From positions 2,464,001-2,528,000 of the forward strand of contig OY762964.1 of NCBI GenBank assembly GCA_963667035.1: a stretch of 64,000 bases of DNA, in the 5' to 3' direction. The stretch comes from Candidatus Cloacimonadales bacterium. Lineage in GTDB: Bacteria; Cloacimonadota; Cloacimonadia; Cloacimonadales; JAFGVF01. The stretch's first letter is position 1; each line of letters starts with the position of its first letter. The translations under genes and the position numbers were made by a program. The notes beneath the pieces are model-generated. The model saw only the letters and a list, made by a program, of their open reading frames with translations, did not search any database and was not told the DNA's origin. Below, piece after piece: positions 57,288-64,000 of the stretch.

Positions 57288-57351
57288 TTTCTGTAAACCT
57301 TTAATTTCTCTCAGTTATATATGTGTCTACTTTATTTAGGACGTTGTATCC

Positions 57352-57431
57352 TCTCGGGTTAGTCTCCCGTTGATCTCCCGTTGGTCTCCCGTTGCGAGCA
57401 ACGGGATAGAAACCGGAGAAAAATGAGAGAA
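57352..57431. repeat. 11-bp-period head-to-head repeat array (TCTCCCGTTG units)
   Basis: TCTCGGGTTA 57352; TCTCCCGTTG at 57363, 57374, 57385; then inverted units CAACGGGATAG 57399, AAACCGGAGAA 57410, AAATGAGAGAA 57421. Confidence 0.8.
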
Positions 57432-57494
57432 AAACTTCCGAAAAATCGGTAGTTGGAAGTATACCGGAAGGGGAGCAGAAAGAAGAAATTATTT

Positions 57495-57578
57495 AGGGAG
57501 TAAAAAAGAAAAGTGTGTAAACCTCACAATGCGATTAAGCATATTATAGATAATAAAAAGGAGGTTCACGCACATGAA
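57495..57578 (+). mobile_element. Dispersed ~85-bp element, probably an orphan IS left end (IS256-like), copy 2
   Basis: Matches the reverse complement of 5801-5884; contains GGAGG and an ATG followed by a stop after 4 codons. Confidence 0.6.
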
Positions 57579-57772
57579 TAGTGATTAAAGTATTATGAAT
57601 AATCCTGATTGTGAGATTACTATGCATTATAAGTGTTTATTTACACTTCTTCAGAAATAAACATATTATCAATAGGTAATCGTAGCTCCATTGATACTTA
57701 GTGAGTAATCTTTTGCTTGACATCTGTAATTCAAGATTTAACAAGTATTAAGTAATAATTAATGGAGGTAAC

Positions 57773-58414
57773 ATGCGGAGATTGTTGATATTAACAGCCT
57801 CAGTACTTGCTCTTTTTCTTGGTGCCTGTAGTAAATCAGGAGCTGATTTAATAGTGCATAACGGTACAAATAATAGATTATGGGTCACATTACAAGGAGA
57901 ACAAACACTACTTAATGGAAACGAAACTATCACATCGCATTACTCTACTTCTACTCAAACGGTCTTTACCGGAGAAGTAAAGAAGAAAGTTAATATAGGT
58001 TTGTATGGTGAGACATTCAGAATTTGGAATGGAGTAACCGAGGAGTTTGTTAATGACACGACCGTTGAGTTAAAAGCAGGAGAAAAATCACATGTTTACT
58101 GCAACCCAATGAGTGCTTGTCTTAAAATAATTAACAATTCCACTGCCAATGTAAATACAATTAAATATATTTATGTATATAATAATGATGCTAGTGAACC
58201 TGTTACAGTGTCACTTGATGATCCGATTGAAGAGAACGAAGAATGGTTTATGCTTATAGATTATTACTCTGATAGATTCTTCTACTATGATATAGAACTC
58301 TATCTTGATAACGATATTGTCCTTCACTACGGCGATGAGAACACTACCAATTTGAAGATTGATCAGGTTTATACAATTACAATTGAAGAAGAGGATTTGG
58401 GGAGTAAAAATTAA
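57773..58414 (+). CDS. Hypothetical lipoprotein
   Basis: RBS GGAGG, lipobox LGAC; beta-rich, with two similar I.N.T/S modules. Confidence 0.75.
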   Translation: MRRLLILTASVLALFLGACSKSGADLIVHNGTNNRLWVTLQGEQTLLNGNETITSHYSTSTQTVFTGEVKKKVNIGLYGETFRIWNGVTEEFVNDTTVELKAGEKSHVYCNPMSACLKIINNSTANVNTIKYIYVYNNDASEPVTVSLDDPIEENEEWFMLIDYYSDRFFYYDIELYLDNDIVLHYGDENTTNLKIDQVYTITIEEEDLGSKN

Positions 58415-59436
58415 TGCTCGAAAGAATTGCAGATCCTGTTGAAAAGCTCAACGAAAAAGATTTTGATAGAGCCTTACGTCCGAAAACATTAAGAGATTTT
58501 GTAGGACAGGAGCAGTTAAAAGAACTTTTGGAAATCTCTATTCAAGCAACAAAGCTCAGAAACGAGCCTTTGGATCATATTCTGTTTTACGGTCCTCCCG
58601 GCTTAGGTAAGACGACCTTAGCAAACATTATTGCTAATGAGCTTAATGTTAGTATTAAAGTTAGCTCCGGACCGGTCTTGGAGAAACCATCCGATTTAGC
58701 GGGAGTACTAACTAATATGGGAACTCACGAAGTTCTTTTCATAGACGAGATTCACAGAATGAATCATGTCATTGAAGAGTACATCTATCCTGCCATGGAA
58801 GACTTTAAGATGGAGATTATCCTTGATAACGGACCTAGTGCAAGAAGTGTAAACATTGATCTAGAACCATTTACTATGATAGGAGCTACAACAAGAGCCG
58901 GACTCTTAACGGCTCCTTTAAGAGATAGATTCGGTATAGTACTCCGCTTAAATTACTACGATGTTGAATCCATTAAGACAATAATATTCCGCTCTGCCAG
59001 AATCATTGGAGTTCCAATTGATGAGGAAGGAGCTATGGAACTGGCTCGTAGAAGTCGCGGAACTCCAAGAATAGCTAACCGTCTTCTAAGACGTGTACGT
59101 GACTACGCTCAGATTAGGGGAGATGGAATCATCACAAAAGAGATAGCTTTAAAAGCCCTTTCAATGCTCAATGTGGACAGTGCCGGATTGGATGAGATGG
59201 ATAAACGTATTTTAGCAACCATCATCGAAAACTATCATGGTGGACCTGTAGGCGTGAAGACACTTGCAGTTGCTGTAGGAGAAGATTCCGGAACTATAGA
59301 AGAGATTTTCGAGCCTTATCTGATTCAACAAGGCTTCCTTGAAAGAACCATGCAAGGGCGTAAAGCAACTCTCAAAGCATACAAACACCTTGGAATAGAG
59401 GTTCCCGGTGAACAAATGACAATCTTTGAGGACTAA
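58414..59436 (+). CDS. ruvB: Holliday junction branch migration helicase
   Basis: LRPKTL..FVGQ, GPPGLGKTT, FIDEIHR, GATTRAG, RSRGTPRIANRLLRRVRD, EPYLIQQG. Confidence 0.97.
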   Translation: MLERIADPVEKLNEKDFDRALRPKTLRDFVGQEQLKELLEISIQATKLRNEPLDHILFYGPPGLGKTTLANIIANELNVSIKVSSGPVLEKPSDLAGVLTNMGTHEVLFIDEIHRMNHVIEEYIYPAMEDFKMEIILDNGPSARSVNIDLEPFTMIGATTRAGLLTAPLRDRFGIVLRLNYYDVESIKTIIFRSARIIGVPIDEEGAMELARRSRGTPRIANRLLRRVRDYAQIRGDGIITKEIALKALSMLNVDSAGLDEMDKRILATIIENYHGGPVGVKTLAVAVGEDSGTIEEIFEPYLIQQGFLERTMQGRKATLKAYKHLGIEVPGEQMTIFED

Positions 59437-60897
59437 TTGTCGGAACACTCAATATTTAGTTCTGCTCGTTGGACAGTCATCTCTTCTATCATCAGAAAGC
59501 TGTTCACTTTCTCCTTATTCTTTGTACTTGTTAGAGTCTTGAGTAAGGATGATATAGGCCTTTTTAGAGAATTCAGTCTGATCATTGGTTTTGCTTCTAT
59601 TTTTTCTCTAGGTAGCTTAAACTATCATCTGATAATTAGCAAAGAAGATATCAATTCGAACCTGAAAGCAATCTTTAATCTGATGATGATTGGAAGTTTG
59701 ATTACATGTGGAGTTTTGTTTGTCATAGCTCCTTATGTGAGTGATTGGTATAATAACGAGATCCTTTCAAAAATAATCAGGCTAACCACAGGTCTATTGC
59801 TAATTGAGAACCTGCGAAAACTTCTTACTGCAATCTTACAAAGAGAGCTTAAGCTAAAACAACTGGCAAATGCCCAAACGGTTAATGTAATATTTTATTG
59901 CTTGCTAACTTTAGTTGTTTTGTTATTCAAGAAGAATGTTTGGGTTCTGATACTTGGATTTTATAGCGGGAATATAGTTGAATTATTGTTAATGCTCTGG
60001 TATGCAAAAGATACATTTACCAAGTACAAAAGCTACTCGGGAACAAGAAATTCAATACAATCCTACCTTAGATTGAATAAGCGGTTTTTAAGTGTTGCTT
60101 GGCTAAACAACGTTATAAATTATTTTTCGGGGAATCTACCTATCTTAGTATTAGGTATGATTTTTCCCGTTGCAAGTATGGGTGTATTCTATCTGGCTAA
60201 TCAAATTATAATTATACCAGTAATTGTTATAACTACTGCCCTACTACAAGTATTCTTCCCTACATTTTCGAGGAAGGGAACAGGCGAAATTGCCAATCAT
60301 TTCTTTGAGTTTAACAGCTTTATTCTATATGTAGCCTTCCCGTTACTAAGTCTGTATACTCTTTATGCCTATTCATATATACCCGTATTCTTCGGGACAA
60401 AATGGGCAGAAACCGGAGACTTTATATTACTCCTCTCGTTTACTGCAGCTTTTAGCCTGTTAATGACCCCGGTAAGCGGAATACCATACTCAATGCAAAA
60501 GCCGGGAATAGAGTTATTCTGGTCTGTTGGAAGCTCAGTCCTGAAATTGATAGCAGTGTTGATTTTATCAACATATGGATTCATCTATTCAATAGCGGGA
60601 TTTGTCTTGGCATCAATAATCTCACAGATAGCTTTCCTATTCATTATAAGGAAATTGTTAAGTATAAATCATGGAAGTCACTTGAAAAAGTTTGTTCTTA
60701 AATTGATGCCTACAGTAATTCTTAGTTTTGCATCTTTTATATTGTACACATGGAATGCTCTTTGGGCCCCTCCGGTATCTACAGCACTTATAATATTATA
60801 TTTTATAATACTTTATATGCACCCCGGATATAATTTGCAGTATGTTATTAATAAGGCTTTATCTGTTAATCGAAAAAACCATCAGCAAAGTTCTTAA
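59437..60897 (+). CDS. Oligosaccharide flippase (WzxC/PST family)
   Basis: Many TM helices, LVRVLS..DIG, LQREL, GVFYLA, VFFPTFSR, FGTKW. Confidence 0.8.
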   Translation: MSEHSIFSSARWTVISSIIRKLFTFSLFFVLVRVLSKDDIGLFREFSLIIGFASIFSLGSLNYHLIISKEDINSNLKAIFNLMMIGSLITCGVLFVIAPYVSDWYNNEILSKIIRLTTGLLLIENLRKLLTAILQRELKLKQLANAQTVNVIFYCLLTLVVLLFKKNVWVLILGFYSGNIVELLLMLWYAKDTFTKYKSYSGTRNSIQSYLRLNKRFLSVAWLNNVINYFSGNLPILVLGMIFPVASMGVFYLANQIIIIPVIVITTALLQVFFPTFSRKGTGEIANHFFEFNSFILYVAFPLLSLYTLYAYSYIPVFFGTKWAETGDFILLLSFTAAFSLLMTPVSGIPYSMQKPGIELFWSVGSSVLKLIAVLILSTYGFIYSIAGFVLASIISQIAFLFIIRKLLSINHGSHLKKFVLKLMPTVILSFASFILYTWNALWAPPVSTALIILYFIILYMHPGYNLQYVINKALSVNRKNHQQSS

Positions 60898-61204
60898 AAC
60901 GTGCAATTTCATTCTCAAGACTTTGAAATAAATCCATAAAATCATTCTTTCTTGTTTCTTTAGCAGCCATCTCAAGTTGCTTTGCAATATCAGAAATCGC
61001 ATCTAAAGATAGATTAGCTCCAGTTCCCTTAACTGTATGAGCAATAATTCTAACGTTCTCAACATCATCCGAAATAATAGCCTTCTTTAAAGTACTCATA
61101 TCATTAGGAATTTCGTTGTAGAAATCTTGAAGAAGCTCTTTAATGAAATCCATATCCCCAATTCGTTCCATAGCAGTCGCTTCATTAAACACCAATGTAC
61201 TCAT
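60866..61204 (-). CDS. Stand-alone Hpt phosphotransfer protein
   Basis: A.ERIGD..F..EL...F, AHTVKGTGANL, A..LE. Confidence 0.92.
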   Translation of the reverse strand: MSTLVFNEATAMERIGDMDFIKELLQDFYNEIPNDMSTLKKAIISDDVENVRIIAHTVKGTGANLSLDAISDIAKQLEMAAKETRKNDFMDLFQSLENEIARFKNFADGFFD

Positions 61205-61407
61205 TCTTTCTCTCCGTAGAATAATAGTTTTGCGTTAAATTAATTCAGACAAGCCATTTGTAAAGATTTTTCTCATTTAGCAAAAGCTGTTATCTTTATG
61301 TTAGTACAAGTAATAAATAAATATGTGTATTTGTTTCATGATAAACCTGATTAGATTATCCCATACGTTTGTTCCCATAATAAGATATGGACGAAGTTGA
61401 TTATTTG

Positions 61408-61436
61408 TTGACATCGGTGTTAATAGTAAATATACT
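61408..61436 (+). promoter_or_regulatory. Near-consensus sigma70 promoter of the kinase genes
   Basis: TTGACA-17 nt-TATACT, followed by RBS GAGGT and ATG 61455. Confidence 0.75.
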
Positions 61437-61454
61437 TTATCGTGAGGTATCAAA

Positions 61455-63125
61455 ATGAATTCAAAAATGGTAAAAGTAGCACAGATTCTAGAAAGTACCG
61501 CACCTCCGGATATTAAAATTAAAAAGATTATTGAGCATTTATTCTCCGAAACCTCAACAGAGGAAAAAAGGAGTTTGATTGAATTAGCAACAAGTAGTCT
61601 AGTTCATAATAGACCTACATCATCTTTCCTCGAGAGAATGAGCCATGAGATTAGAACTCCCCTTCACAGTATCTTAGGATTCCTGGAACTGTTAAGAGAA
61701 TCCCTGATTGATACAGCTAAAAGAGAATATGTGAATGAAGCATATAAATCTGCCGAAGCTTTACATTCAACAATAGATGATATATTATTCTTCTCTAGAA
61801 TTGAGAGCGGTCAGATTATTCTTAGAGAAACTGATTTTAATCTATCAGACTTAATTGAAGATATCGTTGGTGAGTTCCTTCCCATAACGGTTCAAAATAA
61901 GCTTGAAATAGTTTCCTACATCCCAGCATCATTATACAGAAACTTCTATTCGGATTATGAAAAAATCAAAAAAGTAATATACAATCTAATTGAAAACTGC
62001 ATTGAACATTCTTGTTCCGGTTATATTTTCATTGAGTTAAAAGCATTAAAAGAGACTCACGATAAACTGGATCTTGAGATAAACATATTAAGTACTGAGT
62101 TGAATCTCGAATGCAAGAACCTAGATGAGCTCTTTGATTCATTCTCTTATTCCGGTAATTCTATGAGTGGATTCTCCTCATCTGGCTTGAGTCTGGTAAT
62201 CAGTAAAAAGCTTACCGAGATTCTAAATGGAAATCTTATCGTACAAAAGAATGAAGAAAAAGGTTTTAGTTTCAGGCTAAACTTCCAATTGGCAAAAAGT
62301 AGAATAGATTCGGATGTATTAATATATCCAAATCTGAAGTCTTATGATGTATTGATTTTATCATATAGTCCGGCTCAAAGAGTAAGGCTAAGCCGGTATT
62401 TTAGCGATATGAAAGCAAATGTTTCGGTATTCTCACAAGAAATCGAGATGATTAACTATTTAAATGAGTCTAAAGCTAATAAAAGACACTTCATCATAGT
62501 TTCAGATATTATCTCGTTTCTATCTCCTAACATTGGCATATCCCAAAAATGTATAGATTACATTAAAAGATACAATATCATGACTATCTTTTTAAGCCCT
62601 CTAGGTATATCTTTCCCCTCTAACTACCCAATTAATGATGCGATTTACCTACATCAACCAATTAAAGTTAAAGAACTTGATTCTGCAATTCACAAACTTC
62701 TATCGGATAATTACAATCCTGAGATCCAAAATGAACAAATAGAGATATTACCTGATGAAGTCAGAATCCTGATTTGTGAAGATAACGCAATTAACAACAA
62801 ACTTCTAGAGAACTATCTTATTGGTACATACCAGAATGTTGACTTTGCGAAAAACGGTAAAGAGGGCATTATTAAGGCAGAGAAGAATAAGTATGATATT
62901 ATCCTCATGGATTGTGAAATGCCTGTAATGGACGGATATGAAGCCACAAGGTATATAAGAAACTCTTATGGTCTAAACTCCGGAGTTCCTATTATTGCAC
63001 TAACCGCTCATGTCACAAAAGAAGATAGAGAAAAATGCTTTGCCTGCGGGATGATAGAGTTTATCTCAAAACCGTTTAGGAAAGAAAGCGTCTTAAAAAC
63101 AATTCAGAAATACCTTAACTATTAA
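61455..63125 (+). CDS. Cytoplasmic hybrid histidine kinase/response regulator with degenerate ATP-binding boxes
   Basis: MSHEIRTPL H-box, NLIEN N-box, missing G1 box, pseudo-REC, then an intact REC (CEDN, MDCEMPVMDG, ALTA, SKP). Confidence 0.85.
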   Translation: MNSKMVKVAQILESTAPPDIKIKKIIEHLFSETSTEEKRSLIELATSSLVHNRPTSSFLERMSHEIRTPLHSILGFLELLRESLIDTAKREYVNEAYKSAEALHSTIDDILFFSRIESGQIILRETDFNLSDLIEDIVGEFLPITVQNKLEIVSYIPASLYRNFYSDYEKIKKVIYNLIENCIEHSCSGYIFIELKALKETHDKLDLEINILSTELNLECKNLDELFDSFSYSGNSMSGFSSSGLSLVISKKLTEILNGNLIVQKNEEKGFSFRLNFQLAKSRIDSDVLIYPNLKSYDVLILSYSPAQRVRLSRYFSDMKANVSVFSQEIEMINYLNESKANKRHFIIVSDIISFLSPNIGISQKCIDYIKRYNIMTIFLSPLGISFPSNYPINDAIYLHQPIKVKELDSAIHKLLSDNYNPEIQNEQIEILPDEVRILICEDNAINNKLLENYLIGTYQNVDFAKNGKEGIIKAEKNKYDIILMDCEMPVMDGYEATRYIRNSYGLNSGVPIIALTAHVTKEDREKCFACGMIEFISKPFRKESVLKTIQKYLNY

Positions 63126-63206
63126 CTTAGATAGGTTTAAGGACCTAGAAAAAACTTTACAAATAAAAGGGTTAATAGCTGTTGATTCATCTGTGAGGTA
63201 CATCAG

Positions 63207-64000
63207 ATGAATATGAATGGATATAATTTGGTAAAACGAACCGAGTTCAATGAAATAAGTATATATTATGATATATTGAACAGTCATGAAGAAATCGTCA
63301 GTATAATTGACTCCATGCCCTTATGGGTATTGCTTCTGAACGAGAATAGACAAGCTGTTTACTTTAATCAAAAACTATCCTCAGATATTAATGCCAAATC
63401 ACCTCAAGATATAATAGGTAAACGTCCCGGCGAGATTCTCCAATGCCAGAACTCAGCATTAAATGAAGCAGGATGCGGTAATTCGGTTTTCTGTCAATAC
63501 TGTGGAGCGGTTACGGCAATTGTTAACTCCTATAATGGTGGGACACAAATTGAAGAATGCAGAATAATAAGAAGTGCTGAAGGTCTCAAACAAGCTCTGG
63601 ATTTAGAAGTTACTGTTTCCACCATCAATCTTAAAGATCATGAGTACACACTGTTTATAATCCAAGACATAAGCGATAAAAAGCGTAGACACTATCTGGA
63701 AAGAATCTTCCTTCATGATTTAGTTAACACAGCCTATGCAATTAAAAGTAGTGCAGACTTAATGCTGACAGAAAATGATGTGCTTGTGAAGGAAGAGATG
63801 GTTAGAATACTGATTCCGGCAGCTAATCAACTGTTAGAGGAAATTTCTGCTCAAAGGCAAATACTTCAAGCTGAACAGGATGAATGGGAACCGGTTAAGA
63901 AAGAATACTTTAGCACAATACTTATGAAAGACTGTGTAGATATTGCTACAAATTACATGAATAAGAATAAAGCCAACATTATTATTGATACAGATTCTGA
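63207..64000 (+). CDS. PAS-domain sensor histidine kinase with a Cys4 motif (runs off the window edge)
   Basis: Not in the ORF track. Manual translation from ATG 63207 (RBS GAGGT): IIDSMPLWVLLLNENRQAVYFN...GKRPGEILQCQNSALNEAGCGNSVFCQYCG...QDISDKKRR..LERIFLHDLVN. Confidence 0.85.
   Translation, partial: MNMNGYNLVKRTEFNEISIYYDILNSHEEIVSIIDSMPLWVLLLNENRQAVYFNQKLSSDINAKSPQDIIGKRPGEILQCQNSALNEAGCGNSVFCQYCGAVTAIVNSYNGGTQIEECRIIRSAEGLKQALDLEVTVSTINLKDHEYTLFIIQDISDKKRRHYLERIFLHDLVNTAYAIKSSADLMLTENDVLVKEEMVRILIPAANQLLEEISAQRQILQAEQDEWEPVKKEYFSTILMKDCVDIATNYMNKNKANIIIDTDS

Larger units (their letters stand above)
55972..57348 (-). mobile_element. Intact IS3-family element (1377 bp) with a 3-bp target duplication TCC
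   Basis: Imperfect 26-bp inverted repeats TGTAAAGTCCTGATGCAGGTAGACAC and TACAACGTCCTAAATAAAGTAGACAC; TCC at 55969-55971 and 57349-57351. Confidence 0.9.

Noticed and set aside
31956..57348. Composite transposon carrying the EPS locus
   Set aside because: The flanking IS elements belong to different families and each has its own target duplication, so they inserted independently.

Overview
AT-rich chromosomal window of a diderm, probably anaerobic bacterium. BamD, CpoB and secreted proteins ending in a FlgD-Ig/T9SS-like sorting domain (YPNPFNPETTISF...KMILMK) suggest Candidatus Cloacimonadota or a related FCB-type lineage (inference). From left to right: (1) a minus-strand housekeeping block, rimI-nadB-tmk-ctpA-response regulator; (2) a 1.8 kb non-coding region packed with REP-like hairpins, direct repeats, 11-bp-phased repeats and IS scars; (3) a plus-strand block, rseC-like-folB-folK-short glmU-HIT-LytR_C-rsfS-argS, then a complete MoxR/DUF58/BatA-E operon; (4) a minus-strand block, M18 aminopeptidase-cpoB-hypothetical-bamD-nadD; (5) a ~1820 aa modular surface protein, a pseudogenised relative, and an intact IS4-like element with a 12-bp target duplication; (6) a polysaccharide deacetylase and two pseudogenes not resolved by the ORF track (SAM methyltransferase, 2-hydroxyacid dehydrogenase); (7) an 18 kb Wzx/Wzy-type exopolysaccharide operon; (8) a FabK/NMO-like gene, an intact IS3 element and an 11-bp-period palindromic array; (9) lipoprotein-ruvB-flippase; (10) a phosphorelay of an Hpt protein, a hybrid kinase with degenerate ATP boxes and a Cys4-PAS kinase. 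The best candidate for an undescribed system is the front end of the EPS operon: one intact priming phosphoglycosyl transferase, two degenerate copies of that domain fused to other proteins, a STAS protein, uridine kinase and a Pol-beta-like nucleotidyltransferase. No rRNA, tRNA or CRISPR array was recognised. All assignments are by-eye motif recognition; no searches were run.
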